64,000 bases of DNA from an uncultured Collinsella sp. (GCA_902489775.1 CABUBH010000005.1:6415-70414); one strand, 5' to 3'; positions 27,941-38,143 are shown, numbered from the stretch's first letter. Notes: a model not told the origin generated them from the sequence alone. Made by a program: numbers and translations.

Positions 27941-28711
27941 CTACTTCTTCTTGTGCGGACGCGGCTTCTTCTCACGGCGCGTGACCTCGACCTGCAGCGG
28001 GGCGTTCTTAAGACGCTCCTCCTCATCGGCCTTGGCCTTGTCGATAACCTTCTGCGTCACGAAGATCTGCTGGATAACCTGCCAAGCAGAAGATACATCG
28101 TAATAGAGCAGGACGCCGACGGGCAGGCTCCAGCCCATCCAGAGCATCATGACGGTCATAACAACGGCCATCATGCGCATGCTCTGGGCCTGCTGACCAG
28201 TCTGATTACGAGACATATACAGCTGCGGAATCAGGGTCAGGACGGCAAACAGGATCAGGCAGACCAGCGCAGGCAGTGCAACCATAAAGCCATCGGCAAA
28301 GGAAGCGCTCGGCGTCGTGGTCAGGTCGGGCAGAATGTTGAAGAACGAGAACGTGCCCTCGTCAAAGTACTGCGGCAGATTGCGCAGCAACGTGAACAGG
28401 GCGAACAGGATAGGCATCTGGATCAGCAGCGGCAGACAACCAGCCATGGGGTTGAACTTGTTCTCGCTGTAGAACTTCTGCATCTCCTCGGCCTGACGCT
28501 GGGGATCGTCTGCATAGCGCTCCTGGATCTCGAGCATCTTGGGCTGCAGCACCTGCATGCGGGCCGTCGACTTGGTCGACTTGAGCATAAGCGGCGTCAG
28601 CAGCAGACGGATAATGACCACCAGGATGATGATGGACAGGCCCCAGTCGACCGCAAAGGTCTGGATGAGCTTGAGCAGCTCAAAAAGGATGTTAACGATC
28701 CAATCCCACAT
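27941..28711 (-). CDS. yidC: membrane protein insertase YidC (short Gram-positive type)
   Basis: WGLSIIILVVIIRLLLTPL, GCLPLLIQMPILFALF, and a basic C-terminal tail. Confidence 0.93.
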   Translation of the reverse strand: MWDWIVNILFELLKLIQTFAVDWGLSIIILVVIIRLLLTPLMLKSTKSTARMQVLQPKMLEIQERYADDPQRQAEEMQKFYSENKFNPMAGCLPLLIQMPILFALFTLLRNLPQYFDEGTFSFFNILPDLTTTPSASFADGFMVALPALVCLILFAVLTLIPQLYMSRNQTGQQAQSMRMMAVVMTVMMLWMGWSLPVGVLLYYDVSSAWQVIQQIFVTQKVIDKAKADEEERLKNAPLQVEVTRREKKPRPHKKK

Positions 28712-28740
28712 GTAAGTTTTCCTCCGATAGCGAGTGCCCG

Positions 28741-28965
28741 CTAGGGCACAGGGTCATAACCGCCGACGTGCAGGGGATTGCAGCGAGCGATGCGCCTCAC
28801 GGCAAGCCAGCAGCCTCTCAAAACACCGTATTTCTCAATCGCCTGAACGGCGTATTGCGAACACGTTGGATAATAAATGCAGGCGTCAGGCAATAAGGGC
28901 GAAATAACCTGTTGATATATGCGAATAGGAGCGATGGCAACACGCCGCAAGACGTGATTGCTCAT
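28741..28965 (-). CDS. yidD: membrane protein insertion efficiency factor YidD
   Basis: YQQVISPLLP..CIYYPTCSQYAVQAIEKYG. ATGA overlap with the rnpA stop. Confidence 0.9.
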   Translation of the reverse strand: MSNHVLRRVAIAPIRIYQQVISPLLPDACIYYPTCSQYAVQAIEKYGVLRGCWLAVRRIARCNPLHVGGYDPVP

Positions 28966-29300
28966 CGCTCCTCCCCGGCAACGCCGGCGCGTTTCATAAG
29001 CGAACGCAACGCCTTGTCCATCTCCTGCGGCGAGGAAACCCTCGTCTTGGGAGTTGCGAACAAGATGATGTCATAACCCGCAACGGGAAATCCGCAGCTG
29101 CGGGCGGCCTCGCGCATCACACGCTTAGAACGGTTGCGCACGACCGCACAACCGAGCCGTTTAGCACCAACGAAGGCGACCCTTCCGGAGTCGCCTTCGC
29201 CAACCGATTCACATATGGTCATTCGAATCAGAGGATGATTGAAACGACGCCCCTGACTGAACACATGCTCGAAATCTTGCCGAGACTTAATAGTCTTCAT
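28962..29300 (-). CDS. rnpA: ribonuclease P protein component
   Basis: 112-aa basic protein in the conserved position after rpmH. GAKRLGCAVVRNRSKRVMRE. Confidence 0.9.
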   Translation of the reverse strand: MKTIKSRQDFEHVFSQGRRFNHPLIRMTICESVGEGDSGRVAFVGAKRLGCAVVRNRSKRVMREAARSCGFPVAGYDIILFATPKTRVSSPQEMDKALRSLMKRAGVAGEER

Positions 29301-29320
29301 GCGAGATGTGTGTATCGCTG

Positions 29321-29455
29321 CTAGACAGTGAGACGCTTGCGGCCCTTGGCGCGACGACGGGCGAGCACGGCACGACCACCCTTAGTGGCCATACGGGCAC
29401 GGAAGCCATGGGTCTTGGCACGCTTACGCTTATTAGGCTGATACGTACGCTTCAT
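29321..29455 (-). CDS. rpmH: 50S ribosomal protein L34
   Basis: [44 protein letters not shown] (44 aa). Confidence 0.95.
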   Translation of the reverse strand: MKRTYQPNKRKRAKTHGFRARMATKGGRAVLARRRAKGRKRLTV

Positions 29456-29527
29456 CTTAAGTTCCTCCTGCTGCATTTCGAGTGTCCGCGGGGACGCGGA
29501 CGCAGATATAGACACGTGAGCTTGAAG

Positions 29528-29557
29528 ATTGTAGGGAAATCAATGTTCAAATGTCAA
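29528..29557 (-). promoter_or_regulatory. putative sigma-70-type promoter of the rpmH operon
   Basis: On the minus strand: TTGACA (29557-29552), an 18-nt spacer, then TACAAT (29533-29528). Confidence 0.5.
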
Positions 29558-29632
29558 GAAATCAAAGGTAAAAGGTTGCGCAGTTCACACGGTTCCCCCA
29601 TAAGCCGAGCTCGATTTAGCGGTACATGGCAA

Positions 29633-29790
29633 TTTTTCACGATATTTCATCGAGTTTTCAACAGGTCATGTTGGCAATGTTGAGAACTTTTCGTCCGTTT
29701 TCCAAAGTTTTCAACAGGTTTTGAAAAGTTGTCGAAAGATGAGAAACATTGCACGGTGAGCTACTATTTGTTCGAAACCTTTTGAAAGAT
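29633..29790. promoter_or_regulatory. origin-flank repeat array (DnaA-box-like 9-mers, ~10-11-nt phased units)
   Basis: GTTTTCAACAGGT at 29654-29666 and 29707-29719. Tandem GTTTTCCAAA GTTTTCAACAG GTTTTGAAAA GTTGTCGAAAG at 29697-29739. Also TGTTGAGAA, TTTTTCACG and GTTCGAAAC. Confidence 0.6.
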
Positions 29791-29800
29791 TGCGAGCGGC

Positions 29801-31153
29801 ATGTCTGACGACTTTTACACCATGGTCGATTCCGGAGACCCGGCACCCGACAACGAGCACATCACCGGCGTGCGCGAAGAGCGTGAGGAAGGCGAGCAGA
29901 CGACCACGCAGGCGCCAAAAGCCATGTACGCCGCGCGCATCGCCGTCTATGATGACATGCTGTCGACACCGCGTGTGATCGTCATTGATCCGCAAGATGT
30001 CCGCACGTATTTGGAAGAGACGACCAACACCGTCTACCAGTGCATGAAAGAACAAGGTGGCCATATCTCGCTCATGGTCATCCGCGAGATTGTCGAAAAC
30101 TTTATCCACGCGCACTTTGCCGAGCCCATCATCTCGATTCTGGACGGCGGAGACACCATCCGCTTTGCTGATCAAGGACCCGGCATCGACGACAAGGAGC
30201 GCGCTTTCGACTTTGGCGTTACCAGCGCAAACAGCAAGATGAAGCGCTATATCCGTGGAACCGGAGCAGGGTTTCCCATGGTGCAGGAGTATTTGGAAAA
30301 CGCCGGCGGGGCCGTGTCCATCGAGGACAACATGGGCAACGGCACCGTGGTTACGGTAAGCCTGGACCCTAAACGCGTGCAGGAAATAGAGCGTGCCGGC
30401 GGACGCGGTGCTGCCGTGCGGCCCGAGACGGAGCAGCCCACATATCCCCTGCCGGGAGCTTTTGCGCAGCAGCCCATGGCAACGCAGCAGATGCAGCCCC
30501 CCGTGGGACAGATGCAGCAGCCCGGAATGCTTCCTACACAAGAGCCCCAGGCGGCATCGATGTCGATGCCGCCAAACGCGCCAGGGGCCATGCCGCTGGC
30601 GGATCAGGATGCAGCAGCAATGCAGCAGGCGACGGGGGCACCGGGTGGCCAGCAAATGGGATATCAGCCGTACCAACAGGGATATCCATATCAGCAGATG
30701 CCGCCACTGGGGTATGGCCAGCAGTATCCGCAACAGTACCCGCAGGGATACCAGCAGCCGTACCAGCAGATGCCCCAGCAACAGTACAACCCCTGGGCAC
30801 AGCAGGCACCGGCGCAGCCTTACCAACAGTGGCCGCAAAGTTTTCAACAGCAGATGCCACCCATGCAGAGTTCTCAACAACCAGCAGCTCAAATGATGTA
30901 TCCTAATGCGGCAAATCAGTATGCACAGCCACAGCCGGACGTGTTCGTAAGCGATCGCGGCAACGCCGCGCTGGGCTATCTGGCGCAAAATCAGGCGTGC
31001 GGTGCAACCGATCTGGCGAGGACGTTTGGAAACTCGGCCCCCACTTGGTCACGCACGCTCAATGACTTGGCGCAGGCTGGCTTGGTCATCAAGCATGGCC
31101 AGAAATACCATCTGACCGAACTCGGCGCCGCTCGCGTGCGAGCTCAGAGCTAA
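29801..31153 (+). CDS. uncharacterised GHKL-type ATPase domain / Q-P-Y-rich low-complexity region / C-terminal winged-helix protein
   Basis: N box REIVENFIHAH, G1 DQGPG, G2 GTGAG. Residues ~205-380 are Gln/Pro/Tyr-rich. The C-terminal ATDLARTFGNSAPTWSRTLNDLAQAGLVIKHGQKYHLTELG is wHTH-like. The stop lies 15 nt before the dnaA start. The start codon is uncertain (weak RBS). Confidence 0.75.
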   Translation: MSDDFYTMVDSGDPAPDNEHITGVREEREEGEQTTTQAPKAMYAARIAVYDDMLSTPRVIVIDPQDVRTYLEETTNTVYQCMKEQGGHISLMVIREIVENFIHAHFAEPIISILDGGDTIRFADQGPGIDDKERAFDFGVTSANSKMKRYIRGTGAGFPMVQEYLENAGGAVSIEDNMGNGTVVTVSLDPKRVQEIERAGGRGAAVRPETEQPTYPLPGAFAQQPMATQQMQPPVGQMQQPGMLPTQEPQAASMSMPPNAPGAMPLADQDAAAMQQATGAPGGQQMGYQPYQQGYPYQQMPPLGYGQQYPQQYPQGYQQPYQQMPQQQYNPWAQQAPAQPYQQWPQSFQQQMPPMQSSQQPAAQMMYPNAANQYAQPQPDVFVSDRGNAALGYLAQNQACGATDLARTFGNSAPTWSRTLNDLAQAGLVIKHGQKYHLTELGAARVRAQS

Positions 31154-31168
31154 AGAACGGGAGAGACA

Positions 31169-32893
31169 GTGGACGAGGAAGCAAGCATCATCCTGGGGGA
31201 TGCCATCGCCTTTTGCCAGCGCGACGGCCAAGATGCACGCCTCATCAACATGCTGGGGCAATCGCGCGCCATAAGCCTGACCGAAGATACGCTCACGATC
31301 GAGGCGCCCTCGCGCTTTGCCATCGCGCAGCTCAAAAAGCATCAGCCGACTATTGAGGCCTATCTGGAAGAAATCGCCTTTGCACCGATTGCGCTCGACA
31401 TCGTGGCACCGCAAGGCGCCGCGACGGAATCCGCTGCCGCGACGGCGCCCGCCACGGCTCCCGCTGCTTCCCCGGCGGTGCCGGCCTCCACAGGCGACGC
31501 GCCGACAATCGAGCACCAGCACGGTGATGTTTCCCGTGAAACCATGGCACCATTGCCGACCGCGGCGGCGACGTCAACGAACGCACCCGTCACGCACATG
31601 CCCATCGCTCACGACGCAGCGGCGGGCGCTGATTCGGGCATTGCAATCAAGAACACGCTCTCGGCCGATGATTTTCGTCGCATGATGAACCAGATGAAGG
31701 GTGGAGCGCCGACTAAATCCACGCAAGCTGCGACCCCCGCTTCACCCATGCCAGCACCAACCGTGCCGGCCGAGCAGAATACGGATGGAGCCCCACTCGC
31801 CGCGAACTCAAAATTTACCTTTGAGAACTTTGTCTACGGCCCCGAGAACAGCCATGCCTATCGCTCGGCACTCAAGTTTGCCGCCCTCGCGGACGAGCGC
31901 GGCACGTGCACATCACTGTTCATCTACGGCAAATCGGGCCTGGGCAAGACCCACCTGTTGCTCGCTATCAAAAACGAGCTCGCCGAGAAGTCGCCCGAGA
32001 TCAAGGTCAAGTATGCCAACTCCCAGGCATATCTGGACGACCTGATGACCGAGTTCGACCGCCAAAAGAAGAGCAACGCCCCCATCATGCAGGCGTACCA
32101 CGGCGTGGACGTGCTCATCATCGATGACATCCAAAACATCATCGGCAAGCGCGCGAGCGTGGACTACTTTTTCCAGCTCATGGACGAGTTCATCCGCAAC
32201 AACAAGAAGGTCGTCATCGCGGCAGACCGCGCCCCCAAGGACCTGAGCATGGACGAGCGTCTGACCAGCCGCTTCAACGCCGGCATGCTCTGCCTGGTCG
32301 CAGAGCCCAGCTACGAGATGAAATACAAGATCTTGCAGCGCTATTACGAGAACACCATCGTCGCCGCTCCCGAGGCAGGCGACGACTCACTGCTGGCGGC
32401 CTACGGGGGCGACGGCGGGCACCTGACCGACGAGCACTTTAAACACATGGCCGAGGTCTCGGGCACCAACATCCGCGAACTCGAGAGCTTTTGCGAGCGC
32501 TGCGCCGGCGAGGCGGGCGACCGCGAGCGCGAGGGCGGGGAACTCACCTTTGACGATATCGACGCCATCGCCAACCAGTACTTCGACACATCGGCCAAAA
32601 AGATCAACGTCCAGACGGTTCAGTCCGTCATCGAAGAGCAGTACGGCGTGACGCACGAGGAGCTCATCGGCCCGCGTCGCAACGCCAATATCGCCAAAGC
32701 ACGCCATATCGCTATCTACCTGGCCATCGAGATGTGCGAGATGACGACCACGGCGGTGGGCGCCGAATTTGGCAACCGCAACCACTCGACCGTCAGCACG
32801 AGCTACAAAAAGGTCCAGAAGATGATCCAGGAAGACCGCACCGTCACCGAAGACCTCAAATCGCTGCGCGATAAAATTACACTGCGTTCGTAG
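31169..32893 (+). CDS. dnaA: chromosomal replication initiator protein DnaA
   Basis: FTFENFVYGPENSHAY, Walker A GKSGLGKTHLL, and domain IV NHSTVSTSYKKV. GTG start after GGGAGAG. Confidence 0.97.
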   Translation: MDEEASIILGDAIAFCQRDGQDARLINMLGQSRAISLTEDTLTIEAPSRFAIAQLKKHQPTIEAYLEEIAFAPIALDIVAPQGAATESAAATAPATAPAASPAVPASTGDAPTIEHQHGDVSRETMAPLPTAAATSTNAPVTHMPIAHDAAAGADSGIAIKNTLSADDFRRMMNQMKGGAPTKSTQAATPASPMPAPTVPAEQNTDGAPLAANSKFTFENFVYGPENSHAYRSALKFAALADERGTCTSLFIYGKSGLGKTHLLLAIKNELAEKSPEIKVKYANSQAYLDDLMTEFDRQKKSNAPIMQAYHGVDVLIIDDIQNIIGKRASVDYFFQLMDEFIRNNKKVVIAADRAPKDLSMDERLTSRFNAGMLCLVAEPSYEMKYKILQRYYENTIVAAPEAGDDSLLAAYGGDGGHLTDEHFKHMAEVSGTNIRELESFCERCAGEAGDREREGGELTFDDIDAIANQYFDTSAKKINVQTVQSVIEEQYGVTHEELIGPRRNANIAKARHIAIYLAIEMCEMTTTAVGAEFGNRNHSTVSTSYKKVQKMIQEDRTVTEDLKSLRDKITLRS

Positions 32894-32901
32894 GGAAATA
32901 G

Positions 32902-33000
32902 AGACACCTGTTGAAAACTTGTCGAAACCATGGGCATAAGGTGTCTAAAACCCAACCCGCGGTGGTGAAAAGTTTTGCGCAGGTTTTGAACGTGGAAAAC
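32902..33000. promoter_or_regulatory. oriC DnaA-box-like cluster in the dnaA-dnaN spacer
   Basis: Reverse copy of GTTTTCAACAGGT at 32906-32918, TTGTCGAAA at 32919-32927, TGGTGAAAA, phased GTTTTGCGCAG GTTTTGAACGT, and CGTGGAAAA. Confidence 0.6.
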
Positions 33001-33080
33001 CACCCCCGTTGCACACAGGTTGCTGTCGATTCTCTTTCTGGGTCTGACCTGCGTCTTTGGGAGTAATCAACAGTTTCGTC

Positions 33081-33131
33081 AGTACTATTACTATTATTAA
33101 GATATTTATATCTATAGAAAGGTATTAAAAG
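33081..33131. promoter_or_regulatory. AT-rich putative DNA-unwinding element with a DnaA-trio-like trinucleotide run
   Basis: AGTACTATTACTATTATTAAGATATTTATATCTATAGAAAGGTATTAAAAG in an otherwise GC-rich context. The minus strand reads TAA TAA TAG TAA TAG TAC (33099-33082). Confidence 0.55.
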
Positions 33132-34235
33132 ATGAAGTTCACCGTCAGCCAGAGCTCGCTTACACAAGCCATCGGCGTCGTTATGAAGGGTGTCGCTTCG
33201 GCATCCACCCTCCCCATCCTGTCGGGCGTGCTCGTTAAGGCCCAAGACGGCATCTTGGAATTTCAGACCTCTAACTACACCATCTCGATCCGTCATCGCA
33301 TCGCGGCGCATGTCGAAGAAGAGGGCGAGATGGTTATCCCCTGTAAGATGCTCTCCAATATCACCAAGACCCTCCCCGATGCCCCGGTCACCTTTGAGCT
33401 GTCCGAGCGCCAGGTGCTGATTGGTTGCGAGAAGAGCTCTTTCCGCCTGAACACGCTCGATGCCAATGACTTCCCCGAGTTTCCGGCCTATGCCATCGAG
33501 AGTGCCGTGGAGCTGCCGACCGATGTCTTGTCCGAAATGGTCGGCCGCGTGTGGCGCGTCACCTCGACCGACAAGGCTCGCCCCATCCTGGGCGGCGTGC
33601 ACATGAAGGTCGAAAACAACACCGTACGCCTGGTGGCGACCGATTCCTTCCGCTTGGCCGTGTGCGATACGCAGGTCGAGACCTCGACCCTCGAGGGCTC
33701 CTTTGAGCTCAACGTTCCGGCCGACGCCTTTAACGACGCGCTAAACATCATGGCTAGCCAGGCGACCATCATGATCGGGGCTACCGACACCCAGGTCGTC
33801 TTCGAGGCCGGCAACACCACCTACGTGTCGCGCCGCATCGAGGGCGTGTACCCCAACTACAAGCAGCTCATCCCCGATTCGTGCGTGACGAGCGTCAAGA
33901 TCGACGTCGCCGCCTTTAACGCCGCCCTCAAGCGCGTGGCCGTTATCGCGAGCGCCAACCCCGCCGTCAAGTTCGAGATCGATGTCGAGAACGGGCAGAT
34001 GGGCCTGTCCTCCATTTCCAATGACCAGGACCTTGCGCAGGAGACGATCGATGTCGAGGCCGAGGGCGAGTCAGGTACCATCGCCTTCAACTACCACTAC
34101 ATCTTCGGCTGCCTCAATGCCCTGTCCAAGGAGAAGGAGATCACGCTGGAGCTCAAGAGCTACTCGCAGGCGGGCATCTTCAAGTCCTACGACAAGATCA
34201 ACTACCTGTACCTGGTCATGCCGGTCCGCATCTAG
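33132..34235 (+). CDS. dnaN: DNA polymerase III beta sliding clamp
   Basis: 367 aa, MKFTVSQSSLTQAIGVVMKGV... In the conserved position after dnaA. Confidence 0.97.
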   Translation: MKFTVSQSSLTQAIGVVMKGVASASTLPILSGVLVKAQDGILEFQTSNYTISIRHRIAAHVEEEGEMVIPCKMLSNITKTLPDAPVTFELSERQVLIGCEKSSFRLNTLDANDFPEFPAYAIESAVELPTDVLSEMVGRVWRVTSTDKARPILGGVHMKVENNTVRLVATDSFRLAVCDTQVETSTLEGSFELNVPADAFNDALNIMASQATIMIGATDTQVVFEAGNTTYVSRRIEGVYPNYKQLIPDSCVTSVKIDVAAFNAALKRVAVIASANPAVKFEIDVENGQMGLSSISNDQDLAQETIDVEAEGESGTIAFNYHYIFGCLNALSKEKEITLELKSYSQAGIFKSYDKINYLYLVMPVRI

Positions 34236-34244
34236 CGCTGCGCC

Positions 34245-35351
34245 ATGACCATGTTCGCCCGCGATCTTTCCGTCGCGCACTACCGCAGCTTCGATAGCTA
34301 TCGCCTTGCCCTGGACGAGGGCGTGACGATACTTGCGGGACCCAACGCGGCGGGAAAGACCAATCTCATAGAGGCGCTGCAGCTGCTGACGAGCGGTTCC
34401 TCGTTTAGGCATCCGACCGCAGCCGAGCTCGTCCATGACGGCGTGGGCTCGTGCAAGGTCGAGCTGAGGCTCGAGGGCGACGGACGCGTGCTTGATATGG
34501 GATTGAGCGCGGAGGACGGTAAGCGCTCGTTTAGCCGCAACGGTAAGAGATGCTCTGCCGCCGGTGTGCGCGGGGTTCTGCCGAGCGTGCTGTTTTGCCC
34601 CGACCATCTGGACATGGTTAAGCGAGGCGCCAGTGTGCGCCGCGCCGCCCTCGATGACTTTGGCATGCAGCTGAGTGCGCGTTATGCCGATCTTGCGAGC
34701 ACCTATGGGCGCTGCGTGACCCAGCGTAACGCCCTGCTCAAGGAGACCTGGTGCTGTCGCGAGATGCTCGGCGCGTGGAACGATTCGATTGCCCGCGCGG
34801 GTTCGGCCCTGCTCGTGCACCGGTTGGCCCTACTCGACCGGCTGGCGGGCCATGTGCACACTGCCTACGGGCAAGTGGCGTCCGGCGAGGCTGCCAACGT
34901 GGCCTATGCGTCCACGCTGGGGGATTTGCCCCAGGTCGAGGATCGCGAAGAGCTGAAGGGCTGGGCGTACGAGCGCATGCTGGCTGCCCTTGATGAGCAC
35001 GCCGACGAGGAAATCCGCCGCGGCGTGACGTTGGTGGGACCGCATCGCGACGAGATTGAGTTTACCGTGGCGGGTCGCTCCGCCCGTTCATTTGCCAGCC
35101 AAGGACAGCAGCGTACATTGGTGCTGTCCTGGAAGGTGGCCGAGGTTGCCGTGGCTCGCGATGTCCTGGGCACCGCCCCACTGCTGCTTTTGGACGACGT
35201 GATGAGCGAGCTCGACGGCGAGCGTCGCGGCGCTTTCCTGCGGCTGATCGGCGATGATATCCAGACGGTCATAACCACGACCAACCTGGGGTACTTTACC
35301 GATGACCTGCTTGATCGAGCCAAGGTGGTGAGCATGGGTGAGACGTGCTAA
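34245..35351 (+). CDS. recF: DNA replication/repair protein RecF
   Basis: Walker A GPNAAGKTNLIEAL, signature FASQGQQRTL, and Walker B LLLLDDVMSELD. Confidence 0.95.
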   Translation: MTMFARDLSVAHYRSFDSYRLALDEGVTILAGPNAAGKTNLIEALQLLTSGSSFRHPTAAELVHDGVGSCKVELRLEGDGRVLDMGLSAEDGKRSFSRNGKRCSAAGVRGVLPSVLFCPDHLDMVKRGASVRRAALDDFGMQLSARYADLASTYGRCVTQRNALLKETWCCREMLGAWNDSIARAGSALLVHRLALLDRLAGHVHTAYGQVASGEAANVAYASTLGDLPQVEDREELKGWAYERMLAALDEHADEEIRRGVTLVGPHRDEIEFTVAGRSARSFASQGQQRTLVLSWKVAEVAVARDVLGTAPLLLLDDVMSELDGERRGAFLRLIGDDIQTVITTTNLGYFTDDLLDRAKVVSMGETC

Positions 35352-35901
35352 TTACGAGCGCGAGAGCGAAACGGTCGCCTTCAGCGGGTTTTTGAACGCA
35401 GAGCGCCAGCGCATCCTGGCGTCGGCGACCCCCGAGCGCCGTGCGCAGATGGAGGCCGCCGAGGAGTCGCGCACGGTCTATCGCGCATGGAACGCGGTGT
35501 GCTCGGGCACGCGCGAGGGACGGCATGTGACGGGACTGCGCTACCTGCCCGAGTCCAATGAGCTGCTGGTGTATCTCGACTCGCCCTCGTGGACGCAGGA
35601 AATGACGCTGTTGCGCGAGATCATCCGCGCGCGCATGGAGCGCGCCGGTGCGCATGTGGACGGCCTGGTGTTCAAAACCACCGCGCCCGGTCACACGCCG
35701 CCCGCCGCCAAGGAGCGCCTGCGCCCGTCGACGACCGAGCGACCGCCGGCCCCGCACGCCGACCTAAGTGAGGCCGAGCGTACCGAGATCGAGCGCCAAG
35801 TGGCGCCCATCGAAGACCAAAAACTGCGCGAGGCCCTCGAGAATGCCATGAGAGCCAGTGCCGAGTGGGCCAAGGGCGTGCAAAGCAAAAAAGAGCCTTA
35901 A
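35338..35901 (+). CDS. DUF721 / DciA-like protein
   Basis: It occupies the recF-gyrB slot, as actinobacterial DciA (Rv0004) does. The sequence ..VYRAWNAVCSGTREGRHVTGLRYLPESNELLVYLDSPSWTQEMTLL.. fits the DUF721 pattern. GTG start overlaps recF by 14 nt. Confidence 0.6.
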   Translation: MRRANYERESETVAFSGFLNAERQRILASATPERRAQMEAAEESRTVYRAWNAVCSGTREGRHVTGLRYLPESNELLVYLDSPSWTQEMTLLREIIRARMERAGAHVDGLVFKTTAPGHTPPAAKERLRPSTTERPPAPHADLSEAERTEIERQVAPIEDQKLREALENAMRASAEWAKGVQSKKEP

Positions 35902-35964
35902 ATCGCATCTGGTGGCCTTGTAGAGCCAAATACCCTCGTTCCCGAGGGTATTTTTTTACGATAA

Positions 35965-38037
<2,073 letters not shown>

Positions 38038-38044
38038 CCTGTTC

Positions 38045-38143
38045 GGCTTTCCCAGCCACCGCACCTTCGCCCTCAATCGTCGGTCGCGTACCCAAGTACG
38101 CTTCCCTCCTCTTTCGGGCGAATCTGCGGCACCTGGAAAAGCC
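38045..38143 (+). repeat. structured intergenic element, copy 1 (imperfect 28-nt inverted arms around a conserved 43-nt core)
   Basis: The core at 38073-38115, TCAATCGTCGGTCGCGTACCCAAGTACGCTTCCCTCCTCTTTC, matches 56209-56251 at 39/43 positions. The arms at 38045-38072 and 38116-38143 are 22/28 complementary. Confidence 0.7.

Noticed and set aside
29711-30988. 425-aa minus-strand ORF overlapping the GHKL/wHTH gene
   Set aside because: It is Leu/Arg/His/Cys-rich with no motifs. The plus-strand frame carries ordered N/G1/G2 ATP-binding boxes and a wHTH, and it is positioned in tandem with dnaA.
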